From positions 480,001 through 544,000 of the forward strand of contig CAWETW010000001.1 of assembly GCA_963812155.1 (NCBI GenBank): a stretch of 64,000 nt of DNA, read 5' to 3'. Under the pieces are notes generated by a model. The model saw nothing but the letters and a program-made list of their open reading frames with translations, did no database searches and was not told the DNA's origin. The DNA comes from Vulcanimicrobiota bacterium. Its GTDB lineage: Bacteria > Vulcanimicrobiota > Vulcanimicrobiia > Vulcanimicrobiales > Vulcanimicrobiaceae. Below, one piece after another: positions 1 to 9,634 of this stretch (its first letter is position 1; each line of letters begins with the position of its first letter). A program made the translations under genes and the position numbers.

Positions 1-744
1 TTCACGTCGGTGCAAACCGTGTTCATTCCGCCGTGCGCGTCGCGCGCCGAGGTCGACCGCGTTGCGCACGTCGTCGACGGCGCCGACGCGGTGTTCTTTG
101 CCGGCGGAGACCAATCGCGTTACGTCGCCTGGAAAGGCAGCGCGCTCATCGCCGCCGTGAAACGCGTGTACGGGCGCGGCGGGATCGTCGGGGGCGGAAG
201 TGCCGGCCTCGCGATCCAAGGCGCCGTCATCTACGATGCGGTTGCGGCCGACCACTACGACGCAGACACGCACACGGGCGATGCGGTGGCGACGCCGCTC
301 GAGGAACGCATCAGCTTCACGACCGGTTTCTTCGCATGGCCGTCGCTCGAGCGCACGATCACCGATACGCACCTCGTCGTGCGCGATCGTTTCGGACGCA
401 TGGTCGTGTTTCTCGCGCGTATTCTCGCCGGCGGCTTGCTGCCGCCCGGAGGCGCCGTCTACGGACTCGGCATCGATCAAGCCAGCGCGGTCGTCGTCGA
501 TCCCGACGGCACGGCCACGGTATACAACGCGGCCGGCGGCCGGGGCGCGTATCTGGCCCGCGCGACCGCGCGTCCGCATTTCGAACAAGGTCAGCCGGTG
601 CGCTACACCGTGGACGTCTCACACGTCGCACGCAACGGCGAACGCTTCAATCTCCTGACGAAATCCACGCAGTCGCCGTGGTACGCAGTGACCGTCGACG
701 GTTCTAAGGCACCAATTTACAGCCGCGATCCGTACGGACGATGA
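1..744 (+). CDS. Cyanophycinase-like peptidase S51 family protein (5'-partial)
   Basis: Motifs ADAVFFAGGDQSRY, GGGSAG (nucleophile Ser), DTH..RDRFGR, GLGID; frame open to window edge. Confidence 0.8.
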   Translation, partial: FTSVQTVFIPPCASRAEVDRVAHVVDGADAVFFAGGDQSRYVAWKGSALIAAVKRVYGRGGIVGGGSAGLAIQGAVIYDAVAADHYDADTHTGDAVATPLEERISFTTGFFAWPSLERTITDTHLVVRDRFGRMVVFLARILAGGLLPPGGAVYGLGIDQASAVVVDPDGTATVYNAAGGRGAYLARATARPHFEQGQPVRYTVDVSHVARNGERFNLLTKSTQSPWYAVTVDGSKAPIYSRDPYGR

Positions 745-1748
745 TCGTCGAGGTCACGCGCGGCGAGATCGTCGAGTCGGTTCACCGGGTCGCGGCCTGC
801 GCGAGCGACGACCGCGGCAACGTCGTGCTGGAGCGTGGAGAAATCGACGTCCCCGTCTATCTGCGCTCTACCGCCAAACCGTTTATCGCGGCGGCGGCCG
901 TGCGCGCCGGCGTCGTCGAGCGATTCGGTTTCGACACGCACGAGATCGCCTTGATGGCGGCATCGCACAACGGCGAGCCGTTCCACATCGCCGCGGTGCG
1001 CTCGATGCTGCACAAAATCGGCGTCTCCGAAAGCGCGCTCCAGTGCGGGCCGCACCCGCCGTACGACACGGCGTCGGCCGAAGCGCTGGCTGCGCGACGG
1101 CGTCGCGTTCTCGCCGATCCACAACAACTGCTCCGGCAAGCACGCCGGCATCTCGCGCTGAGCGTGATGCTCGGTGCCGACGTTGCGGCACTATCGCGAC
1201 CCGCGAGCTCGCCGGCGCAGCAGCGCATTCTGGAGCTCTGCGCGCGTGCGTGCGGAACGTGACGTTCGACGACTTGCCGCTCGGAGTCGACGGCTGCGGA
1301 ATTCCGGTCTTCGCGGTGCCCGCTGCGCACAGCGCGGCGCTCGCGTTTGCCCGCGTTCGCAACGTTGAACGGCCTCGACGACGGCGATGCGCGCGCGCTT
1401 GCGCGTGGTTCGCGACGCCATGATGGCGGCATCCGGAATACGTCGCCGGAACCGGCGAGTTCGACACGGCGCTGATGCGCGCGGCCCGCGGAACGATCGT
1501 CGCTAAGTCGGGCGCGGAAGGCGTGCACGGACTGGCGCATCTGCCTTCCGGCACGGGACTGGTGCTGAAGGTCGTGGACGGCGGCCGCGCCGAGCGGTTC
1601 CACCGGCGACGATGGAACTCGCACGGCGCGCCCGAGCTCGCTCGACGCAGCCGCGTTCGCCGAGCGTTGGAGTCTTTTGCCGTCGTTACGCGTGTGCAAC
1701 CGCGCGGCGCTCGCTGCCGGGACTCATTCGCAGCGGCGGTGTCGCTAG
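741..1748 (+). CDS. L-asparaginase II (AnsA/class 3-like), frameshifted
   Basis: VTRGEIVESVH, RSTAKPF, ASHNGE, LQCG, then in other frames HNNCSGKH, GVDGCG, KSGAEGV, LKVVDG; ATGA overlap with upstream gene; 3' end approximate. Confidence 0.8.
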
Positions 1749-1759
1749 AACGCGGCGGC

Positions 1760-2293
1760 ATGACGATTCGTACGGCCTCGCAACGGCAAGTACGCGCGTT
1801 GCTCGCACGGCGAGCGCGACTGCGTTCGCGAACGCCGCGAATTTCGCGGCCTTCGTCTATCGACGAGGTTCCCGGCATCAACTGGGCAGGGTTCTACTTC
1901 GCCGATCCCCAGGGCGATCTCGTGCTCGGGCCGTTCGGCGGAGCTCCGGCGTGCACGCGCCTACCGCACGGACGCGGCGTTTGCGGCGCCGCACTGCTTC
2001 GCCGCGAAACGGTCGTCGTCGACGACGTTGCGGCATTTGCCGATCACATCGCCTGCGATTCGGCGTCACGCTCGGAGATCGTCGTGCCGTTCTTCGATCC
2101 GGCACGGTGGCCGGCGTCTTCGACGTCGACAGCCTCGCGGTCGCGACGGTTCGGCAACGCCGATCGCGCCGGCATCGAGTCGCTCGTCGCCGCGTTTGCG
2201 GACGCTTCCGGTTACGGCGGCGGCGGTGCGCCCGGCGGCGGTCCGTCCGGCGGCGGCGCGCCATCGGCCGGAGGCGGCCCTCCGGGGGGCTGA
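1760..2293 (+). CDS. msrC: GAF-domain free methionine-R-sulfoxide reductase (MsrC/YebR-like), frameshifted
   Basis: ANAANFAAF, INWAGFY, LVLGPFGGAPAC, GRGVCG, HIACDSASRSEIVVP; 3' end uncertain. Confidence 0.75.
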   Translation: MTIRTASQRQVRALLARRARLRSRTPRISRPSSIDEVPGINWAGFYFADPQGDLVLGPFGGAPACTRLPHGRGVCGAALLRRETVVVDDVAAFADHIACDSASRSEIVVPFFDPARWPASSTSTASRSRRFGNADRAGIESLVAAFADASGYGGGGAPGGGPSGGGAPSAGGGPPGG

Positions 2294-2859
2294 GGTCCGT
2301 CCGGACCATGCCGCATTCCGGGCATTCCCGGCATGCCCATCATCATCGGCGACCGGTGCGCGAGCACCATCAGCACGACGTTGCCCGCGTCGTTTGCGCC
2401 GGGCATCGACATCGGATGCGCCGGCCGGTTCGACCACTGTCCGTGGGAGCTTGCGCCTTGACGCGCGAGCTGATCGTGAAGCTGCTGCATCAGCGCCTGG
2501 CTTTGCGTAACGAACGCGTCGTGCAGCGAAAGAATCCGCTGCTGTTCGCCCGAGGAGAGCACCGCGTCGATCTGTTTAGCGGTCGCTGCCGGATCGGGGC
2601 TCGCTGAAATCACCATCTGCCCAATGGCATCGGCGATCGCCGTACGGTGATCGGGCGAAACGGCCTCGAGTATCTGCGAGCGCAGCTGCTGATGCATCTG
2701 CATCTCTTTTTGGCGAAAGGCTTGGATCTGGCCCGACATCGCTTGACGTTGGGCCGGCGAGAGCGGCGACGGCGCCTGCGCCGAGTCGTTGGGATCGGCC
2801 AACGCGGCGCACGGCAAGGCAACCAGCGCCAATGCTAACGCGAGAAAGTGCTTGGTCAT
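2212..2859 (-). CDS. Secreted helical protein with Pro/Gly/Met-rich tail
   Basis: Signal peptide MTKHFLALALALVALPCAALA; Gln-rich helices; low-complexity C-terminus. Confidence 0.7.
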   Translation of the reverse strand: MTKHFLALALALVALPCAALADPNDSAQAPSPLSPAQRQAMSGQIQAFRQKEMQMHQQLRSQILEAVSPDHRTAIADAIGQMVISASPDPAATAKQIDAVLSSGEQQRILSLHDAFVTQSQALMQQLHDQLARQGASSHGQWSNRPAHPMSMPGANDAGNVVLMVLAHRSPMMMGMPGMPGMRHGPDGPQPPGGPPPADGAPPPDGPPPGAPPPP

Positions 2860-2863
2860 GGCG

Positions 2864-3832
2864 TCATGGTAGGACATCCATCCCTAAATCCCCCTGAGAA
2901 ACGGCCGCTCGGCCGTGAGGCCCGTTGAGATCCTGCATCGGGCCGATCGGGACGATACGAGTCGGATTGATGTCGTCGTGCGTGTAGTAATAGTGGCGCT
3001 TGATGTGGTCGAAGTTGACGGTCTCCGCGATGCCGTCGATTTGGTAGAGGTCGCGCAGATATCCGTAGAGATTTGGATAATCGGCGATGCGCCGGAGGTT
3101 GCACTTGAAATGACCGTAGTAAACGGCGTCGAAGCGAACGAGCGTTACGAAGAATCGCCAATCCGTTTCGAGCGGGCGGCTTCCGAAAAGATAGCGGCTG
3201 GTCGCCAGCCGCTCCTCCATCTCGTCGAGCACTTCGAACAGACGGTACGCCGCCCGTTCGTACGCGCGCTGACCGGTCGCAAAGCCCGCGCGGTAGACGC
3301 CGTCGTTAACCGTTTCGTACAGGCGCTCGTTGAGCGCGTCGATCGCGGCGCGTTGGGGTTCGGGATACAGATCGAGTCCGGCATCCCCGAACGAACCGAA
3401 CTCGGTCTCGAACATGCGCATAATGTCGTCATCGGAGTTGCTCACGATACGCTTGGTTTTCGCGTCCCACAGCACCGGAACCGTGACGCGCCCGGTGAAG
3501 GCGGGATCGGTTGCGAAGTACGCCTCGCTGAGGAACGCCCAGCCGTTGAGCGGATCGGGTGCGGGGAAGCGCCACCCTCGCGCGTCGCGGATCGGATCGA
3601 CGACGGTCATGCCGACGACGCGTTCGAGCCGCTTGAGCGCGCGCACGATTATGGTGCGATGCGCCCACGGGCACGCGAGCGATACGTAGAGATGGTAGCG
3701 TCCGGCCTGGGCGGGAAATTCGGACGTGCCGTGTCCTCGGACCCAGTTGCGAAAGGCGTCTTGCTGACGGACGAACTCCCCCGACGCCGATTGTTCGGCC
3801 GGAAACTGCGCTTTTGCCGTCATGTCCGGCAT
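2864..3832 (-). CDS. yqjG: Glutathionyl-hydroquinone reductase (Xi-class GST, YqjG/ECM4)
   Basis: GRYHLYVSLACPWAHR, RVTVPVLWD, RFDAVYYGHFKCN, HIKRHYY, INPTRIVPIGP. Confidence 0.92.
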   Translation of the reverse strand: MPDMTAKAQFPAEQSASGEFVRQQDAFRNWVRGHGTSEFPAQAGRYHLYVSLACPWAHRTIIVRALKRLERVVGMTVVDPIRDARGWRFPAPDPLNGWAFLSEAYFATDPAFTGRVTVPVLWDAKTKRIVSNSDDDIMRMFETEFGSFGDAGLDLYPEPQRAAIDALNERLYETVNDGVYRAGFATGQRAYERAAYRLFEVLDEMEERLATSRYLFGSRPLETDWRFFVTLVRFDAVYYGHFKCNLRRIADYPNLYGYLRDLYQIDGIAETVNFDHIKRHYYYTHDDINPTRIVPIGPMQDLNGPHGRAAVSQGDLGMDVLP

Positions 3833-3892
3833 AACCGCGAGATGGGCGGCATCGTTGCTCGCAGAAGAGCGCTCGCAGGGAGTCTCTGCATA

Positions 3893-4348
3893 GTGTTCCG
3901 TCTCGCCGCAAAAGCCGGGCTCGCAGCCGTGCTGGCCTTTGGGATCGGCGCCTGTGCGCCGCGAGCGGACGGGCAAACGGCCGCGCGCGCCGGCGCGGCG
4001 GCATCCGAGCCGTTTGCGCGATTCGCCTATCCCGGCGCCCAGGCGGACGACCCGAGCACCTTTACCACGACCGACGGGCATCGAACTCGCACGATCGCGG
4101 GCTTTTCGACGCCGGACGCATTCGCAAAGGTGTACGCGTATTACCGGCAGCGCTTACCGAGCAATTCCCAAACCATGCGCGTAATCAGTGCGAACGGGTC
4201 GGTCGCGACCTTCTACATCGAAAGCCGCGGCGCGCCCGAAGCGATGGCGGTGCAAATCTCGTCCGACAAACCCAACGTCACCCGGATTCTGCTGACGCGC
4301 TACGCGTTGCGCGGTTTGAAATCGAGGGACCGCGAGTTGATGCAGTAG
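3893..4348 (+). CDS. Hypothetical lipoprotein
   Basis: GTG start after GGGAG; lipobox-like FGIGAC; YPGA...TPDAFAKVYAYY. Confidence 0.65.
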   Translation: MFRLAAKAGLAAVLAFGIGACAPRADGQTAARAGAAASEPFARFAYPGAQADDPSTFTTTDGHRTRTIAGFSTPDAFAKVYAYYRQRLPSNSQTMRVISANGSVATFYIESRGAPEAMAVQISSDKPNVTRILLTRYALRGLKSRDRELMQ

Positions 4349-4713
4349 CGGGTTCCTTCGGGGCCGGGTCCGTCGTCGAACACGTGTCCGAGATGTGAGT
4401 CGCAGCGGCGGCAACGCACCTCCGTGCGGCGCATGCCAAGACTGTCGTCGTCGAGCAGCCGTACGTTGCGCTGCTCTTCCGGACTCGTAAAACTCGGCCA
4501 TCCGCAGTGCGAATCGAATTTCGCATCCGACGAAAAAAGCTCGGCGCCACACGCGCCGCAGACGTACGCTCCGTCGTCGCGTAGCGCGAGCAAACTGCCG
4601 GTAAAGGGCGCCTCGGTTCCAGCCTCGCGGAGGATATGATATCGCTCGGCTCCGAGTTCCTTGCGCCACTCTTCTTCGGTCTTTTCCACTTCGGGCTTGA
4701 CGTCGTGATGCAC
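4300..4713 (-). CDS. msrB: Peptide-methionine (R)-S-oxide reductase
   Basis: GTEAPFTG, CxxC pairs, KFDSHCGWPSF, HLGHVFDDGP, RYCINS. Confidence 0.95.
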   Translation of the reverse strand: MHHDVKPEVEKTEEEWRKELGAERYHILREAGTEAPFTGSLLALRDDGAYVCGACGAELFSSDAKFDSHCGWPSFTSPEEQRNVRLLDDDSLGMRRTEVRCRRCDSHLGHVFDDGPGPEGTRYCINSRSLDFKPRNA

Positions 4714-4724
4714 GGTTTCTTCCT

Positions 4725-5246
4725 TTATACGGTGCGCTTCCAGACGAGGCGGTTCGACGTTCCCCAAATCTCCGGCGGAAGCGTGCGGATCGTCAGCGTA
4801 TCGCCCTCGAGCGTAAATTGCCGTTCGAGCGTCGTGCCCACGAGACTGGTGAACACGCTCACCTCGACGTGATGGAAGACGTGGTTGCCGCGAATCTCAT
4901 AGCGCCCGGCGTACGAGAGAAAGTTTGCGAGCGATTCGTTGAGTTCTTCCTTGGTTGAGCCGGCGCCGCTGGGGGCATCGAGTTTGGCACGGTGCGACGC
5001 CATCAGCACCGCGGACATCCGGCCGCTTGGCGTGTACATGAGGTAGCCGACCGGGTTGGGCCCGAAGCGCGGACGTCCGCGTTCCGACGCCGTATCCACG
5101 ACGAAGCTTTCGAGCGCCCACGCACCGACGACCGAGGTGTTGACCGCCGTCGCCGGGGCGGCGATTGCGATGCCGGGGGTTCGCGCAGCGGCAATGACGC
5201 CGAACGACGCCGCTGCGCCGAGCAACTGTTTGCGGGAGAGACTCAT
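4725..5246 (-). CDS. Lipocalin-like domain protein with Tat-like signal
   Basis: SRKQLL signal; VVGAWALESF, GYLMYTPSGRMS, SYAGRYE, LVWKR. Confidence 0.8.
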   Translation of the reverse strand: MSLSRKQLLGAAASFGVIAAARTPGIAIAAPATAVNTSVVGAWALESFVVDTASERGRPRFGPNPVGYLMYTPSGRMSAVLMASHRAKLDAPSGAGSTKEELNESLANFLSYAGRYEIRGNHVFHHVEVSVFTSLVGTTLERQFTLEGDTLTIRTLPPEIWGTSNRLVWKRTV

Positions 5247-5251
5247 CCTGC

Positions 5252-5890
5252 CTAACTTCTCCTATCGGATCGCAGCGGTAGCGAAGTTTCCAGCAAGGGC
5301 GTTCCGCATTCAAGCGGAGCGCCCGCGTCTAAAATGGAGCCGTTGGCGGGGATTGAACCCGCGCTCTCATCCTTACCAAGGATGTGCTTTACCACTAAGC
5401 TACAACGGCAATGGTTGCGACCACCATGCGGTACTCCGTCTGTGGCTTTGCTCCCTACCGAACGATTAGCTTGCGCAAGAAGGTACCGATCGGCCCATCT
5501 GACCGCCCGGTTCTGGCCGTTCTTCGCGGGCGTCCATCGTAACGATGCATGGAAGCTGACGTCCTGGACGGGGACAAGAAAAACTGCTTCGAGATCCGGG
5601 CAGAAGACGGCGAAGGCTTCGATCTCTCCTGCGTACCCGCGACACGAGACTCCGTTGCGATGCGAATGCGTACTATGGCATTTGAACAAGATTGCTCCTT
5701 TTCTCAAGCGGCCGGTCTTCACTTGGATCCGAAGGAGCGTGTTGTTCTTTTCGGCGATCAGATCGTAGCGCTGATTCTCCCCGAACGGAACCGACACGAG
5801 ATAGCCGGCGCGTACAAGCGCGGTAAGAACTTCTATTTCGGATCGATCGCCAATTCGTTTTGTGTCCCGCTTTGCCGGCCGCTCTTCCAT
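5252..5890 (-). CDS. PD-(D/E)XK endonuclease of the group I intron-associated type (PDDEXK_5 / I-Ssp6803I-like)
   Basis: GDRSE..V...L...GY.VSVPFGENQRYDLI....RIQVKT...Y..EIEAFAVFCP....FLVP; ORF as read runs through tRNA-Thr. Confidence 0.85.
   Translation of the reverse strand: MEERPAKRDTKRIGDRSEIEVLTALVRAGYLVSVPFGENQRYDLIAEKNNTLLRIQVKTGRLRKGAILFKCHSTHSHRNGVSCRGYAGEIEAFAVFCPDLEAVFLVPVQDVSFHASLRWTPAKNGQNRAVRWADRYLLAQANRSVGSKATDGVPHGGRNHCRCSLVVKHILGKDESAGSIPANGSILDAGAPLECGTPLLETSLPLRSDRRS
5335..5409 (-). tRNA. tRNA-Thr(GGT)
   Basis: GCCGTTG/CAACGGC acceptor stem, anticodon arm CATCC-TTGGTAA-GGATG, T-loop TTCAAT, encoded CCA; 75 nt. Confidence 0.97.
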
Positions 5891-5977
5891 GAATTTATTG
5901 TGCCGGAATCGTATGCCACCAGTATGGCATTAACGAATTGTTGCCGCTCTATTCATAGACCGCCGCGCACGACTTGG

Positions 5978-6262
5978 TTAGCCGGGATGTTCGGTCGTCG
6001 GATCGATCGTCTTGCGAATCTCAGTGATTTTCGTCGCCGGGAAACCGCTCATCTCGGCGTGCTTGTTAATAAGGCTCTCGTCTTTGGCGAGGTAGACGCA
6101 GAACGTTTTGTCGCCCGCAACGTAACTCTCGACCCATTGAATGTCGGGCGCCAGTTGGTTCAACACCGCGTTCGACTGTGCGGCCGCCTCGCGAAGTTGC
6201 TCGCGCTCCAGGGTGCCTACGTTGGGAATGTCACGTTCGATAATGTACTTGCGCAGGGCCAT
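5978..6262 (-). CDS. DUF4242 family protein
   Basis: KYIIERDIP, IQWVESYV..DKTFCVYLA, HAEMSGFPA; GGAGG SD. Confidence 0.85.
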   Translation of the reverse strand: MALRKYIIERDIPNVGTLEREQLREAAAQSNAVLNQLAPDIQWVESYVAGDKTFCVYLAKDESLINKHAEMSGFPATKITEIRKTIDPTTEHPG

Positions 6263-6383
6263 TGCGTACCTCCAGGGGCGTCCGCTTCTCGCTCGGGGCA
6301 CTCGGCCCATTCTTTCGCAAACGCCGCGGTTTTTGCGCAGCGCACCAGGGGTGTCCAGCCCGCAAAGTCCAATAGCACGACGC

Positions 6384-6989
6384 ATGCGCGTACACTCCCT
6401 CGCCGCAGCGGCGGCCATTCTCGTCGCCGCACTCGGCGCGTGCTCGGGTTCGAAGCAGAGCCAAAACGCCGCGCCCTACGGCACCGGCGACCCGATGCTC
6501 GCCCAAGTCAATCCATACGGCGGTCCGCTCGACCCGTTCCTCACCGACGGAAACGCGGTTCGCAAAGCGCTATCTACGCTGGCCGCGCGCTATGCGCCGC
6601 TGCGTCTCACGTCGATAAGCGCTGTGGCGGGCCATGGCCTCACCATCGACGTGGTGGAACCGATTCGCAGCGACAAAGTGGTACGTTACATGATCTTTCC
6701 GACCGGAAAGACGTTAGGCCCGATACCGGTGAAGCTCGTCGTCGGAGGCGGGGTTGCCACGCCCGCTGACATCTCCACGTTGGCGTTCGATCCGAACACG
6801 ATTGCGTTCGAGCGGCTCAAGCCGGCGGTACGCGATGCGATCGCACGTTCGAAACTGCAAGACGGACGCATCAGTCAGTGGGGGCTCGGCGGCGCCAAGA
6901 AGCACGTCTATATGATTATCGATGCGATACCGCTTCGGCGCGCCGTGCTCTACGATCACCAACTGCGCTTCGTGCGCGTGATGGAGTAG
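6384..6989 (+). CDS. Hypothetical lipoprotein
   Basis: Lipobox ALGAC after hydrophobic signal; intact ORF. Confidence 0.7.
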   Translation: MRVHSLAAAAAILVAALGACSGSKQSQNAAPYGTGDPMLAQVNPYGGPLDPFLTDGNAVRKALSTLAARYAPLRLTSISAVAGHGLTIDVVEPIRSDKVVRYMIFPTGKTLGPIPVKLVVGGGVATPADISTLAFDPNTIAFERLKPAVRDAIARSKLQDGRISQWGLGGAKKHVYMIIDAIPLRRAVLYDHQLRFVRVME

Positions 6990-7001
6990 GCCGGCTTTCA
7001 G

Positions 7002-7047
7002 ATGTTCGAGTTGGTTGACGTAATTCCCAACTCGACATTCTCTTTCT
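7002..7047 (+). terminator. Putative intrinsic terminator
   Basis: TGTTCGAGTTGG...CCAACTCGACA stem followed by TTCTCTTTCT, between convergent genes. Confidence 0.45.
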
Positions 7048-7128
7048 GCCGAAGCGAGCGACGTTCGATCCGGGGTGTTCAGCTCGGCAGCGTCCGCCGT
7101 ACGCGTACGCTGCCGGCTCGAATCGCGC

Positions 7129-7500
7129 CTAGCCCGGGGTGGTGGGTCCCGTCGTCAAGAGCGTTGCGTAGAACGTTCCGTTATCCCAATAACCATGGGC
7201 CACGATTTGACGTCCGACCGCGACGCGGCCCGTGAGTTCATTTTTCAGGGCGAGCGAATCGTCGATTACCACGGTCCGATCGCTCTGCTGTACCGTGACG
7301 AGATGTCCCTTCACAATGGTAATCGTTCCGGAAACCCGTTCGTGTTTGTGAACGTCGGATGCGCAGCTACCGTTGGAAACCCACGAATCGCCTTGCCACG
7401 TGCCGCAACTCGAATCGACGTAGGGCGGCGTCTGCGCGCCGGCCGGCACAGCGAGCATCAGACCGAGAAACGCGCCGGCGGCGACGAGCGAACTTTTCAT
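7129..7500 (-). CDS. Small secreted protein (possible OB-fold)
   Basis: Signal peptide MKSSLVAAGAFLGLMLAVPAGA; VSGTITIVKG...VGRQIVAHGY; AAAGGA SD. Confidence 0.7.
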   Translation of the reverse strand: MKSSLVAAGAFLGLMLAVPAGAQTPPYVDSSCGTWQGDSWVSNGSCASDVHKHERVSGTITIVKGHLVTVQQSDRTVVIDDSLALKNELTGRVAVGRQIVAHGYWDNGTFYATLLTTGPTTPG

Positions 7501-7743
7501 TTTCAACGCAGTCCTTTCTCTTGTAAGCGAGCAGTCCGTTCACGTCTATACCCGAAAGTTCCCGAAAGATTGCCCGGCGGGCGCATGCTCGCTCAGCGAC
7601 GCACCGGGGCACAGCAGACGAGCGCCGCCTGCTTCAGGGTTTTCTCACGAGTTCGCGTTACGCTGCCGCCGCACGGGATGCGCCGGCCGTTGCGTCCGCC
7701 TCCGGTGGGACGCGCCTCTCGGGTCCGGCCGGCGCTCTCGCGT

Positions 7744-8017
7744 TTAACCGCCGGAGTCGGCTTCGGTTGGTTCACGAGTTCTGAAATCGCCGTTGCCAAA
7801 TCGGCCACAGTGCCGAGCGACGAAATGCTTTCCAGCGGAAATTCGATCCCGAACTCTTGCTCGACGTTCATCATAAACACCGTATGGCTCAGCGAATCCC
7901 AGCCGCGAATGTCGGGCGCTACGGTTCCTTCGCCGAAATCTTTTCGGCACAATCGAACGTCTAGACCGCAACGCGGCGCAGCCTTCGCATAACGTCCGCT
8001 CGCGTAAGTTCCGTCAC
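7744..8017 (-). CDS. Acyl carrier protein, frameshifted
   Basis: DIRGWDSLSH (phosphopantetheine Ser), VEQEFGIEF, TVADL; likely GTG start (MTELTRADVMRRL) at a GTGA; ends approximate. Confidence 0.75.
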
Positions 8018-9633
8018 GGTCGTGCGCCGTTTCCAAATTCGCGAACGTATCACGAGTGTTGGCATCGCGGCTGATTTTACCGCTGGTCGTCTTGACGAGC
8101 CAGCCGCGTCGAACCAGGCATACGTCGGACACCGTTACGCCCGCCGTCGCAAATATCTCGGCCTTGATAAGCCGGATCGTTTCGAGATCGCCGTTCGTGT
8201 CGTCCGTCGCGCGCTCCGCTACGACCACGAGATCCTGACTGCCGATCTTTTCATTGTAGATTCCTAACGCAACGGCGCGCCCCGGCTTTACGCCGTCGTG
8301 GCAAATCGTTCGTTCGATTTCGGTGGGCGTAGAGGTTCTTCCCGCGAACGATCAGCATATCGTCTACGCGGCCGGTGACGTATAACTCCCCGTCCGTGAC
8401 GAAGCCCATGTCGCCGGTGGCGTACCAGCCGTTCTTCAGCGACGGCGTTTCCGCACGCAAGTAATATCCTGCGAAGAGCGAGTCGCCGGCAACCTGCACG
8501 TGCCCAACGACGCCGTCGGCGAGCGCGTCGCCGGCCGCATCCGCGATGCGGACCGAGACACCGTCGATCGGTTTGCCGCACGAGAGGTATTCGGCAGCTC
8601 GTGCTCCGTCGTCAAGGGTCACCGAGCGCGGGCGGACGGATAGATCCGTCTGAGCGACCGCGAACACGTTCTCCGCCATCGCATAGCACACCTGAAGGGC
8701 CTCGTCTCTGAGTTCGCAGCCTTCGAACCGTTCGCGAAAGGCGTCGAACGCGGCCGGCTTGCACGGCTCGGAACAGTTGATGAGCGCGCGGATCGAGGAC
8801 AGGCTCCAGGATTTCGAGCGCGGTGCGGTTCGGGCGATGTGTAGAAACGCAAAGTTCGGCATCCACGCAAGCGTTGCGCGATAGCGCTCGACTGCGTCGA
8901 GCAGCATCGACGGGCGGGAGACCCAGTCGAACGGACTGATGTTGACGGTCGTCACGCCGCGCAATGCCGGCAATATGAAGCACGCGATCAGACCCATGTC
9001 GTGGTACAAGGGCAGCCAACTGGCGATCACGTCGTCCTCGGTGAGGCGCAGCGCCTTCGAATAGGATGCCGCCTGCGCCAGCACGATGCGATGGCTAAGG
9101 GCTACCCCCTTCTTGAGGTTCGTCGTGCCCGAGCTGTGCTGCAGAAACGCAATGTCGTTCTCATCGCCGAGCGCCGTCCGTACCGCGGGAACATCGGCCG
9201 CGCCGTGCCCGTTCGGACAGGTCACGATGCGGGCGGCGACGCTGGGAAGGTGCCGGCGAAGCGCGTGAACGTTAGCAGCGTCGGTGACGATGACGCTTGC
9301 CCGCAATCGCTCGAATAAGCGCTGATGAGCGCTCCAGAACAGTTGGGGATCCTGGTGCGGAGACAGCGTCGGGAAGATGCTCGGGATAGCTCCCACGAGC
9401 ATCGAGCCGACGAACGCGGGGAAAATAGCGTTGTCGTGATTCATCATGACGACGACGACATCGCCCTTCCTCGTTCCACGATCGCGCAGCCAATCCGAGA
9501 AGGCCCCAGCTTCCCGCGCGAGATCGCCGTACGACAACGTCTTCGTGCCGCCGCTCTCGATGAGGATAGAAAATGGTTTCGCAGGCAAGGCGAGGGCGCG
9601 CGCGATAATCGCGCCCGGGACGGTAGTGCGCAC
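8014..9633 (-). CDS. Fatty acyl-AMP ligase (FAAL)-like adenylation enzyme, frameshifted near 3' end
   Basis: FLQHSSGTT..KKGV, SWLPLYHDMGLI, CYAMAEN, TGDMGF, GRVDDMLIVRGKN, then KTTSGKISR in next frame. Confidence 0.85.
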
Positions 9634-9634
9634 G

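Noticed and set aside
2212..2340. GC-rich short tandem repeats
   Set aside because: Explained by the Pro/Gly/Met-rich coding tail of the 2212-2859 gene
1760..4713. msrC-yqjG-msrB as a dedicated oxidative-repair system
   Set aside because: Mixed orientations with unrelated genes in between; all are well-known enzymes
5410..5980. Group I intron around the PD-(D/E)XK endonuclease
   Set aside because: tRNA-Thr is uninterrupted, no exon half lies upstream, and the flanks are too short for an intron core
7593..8228. Natural FAAL-ACP fusion
   Set aside because: A separate ACP start with a GTGA overlap at 8014-8017 fits better; the apparent fusion likely comes from indels, though unresolved without reads
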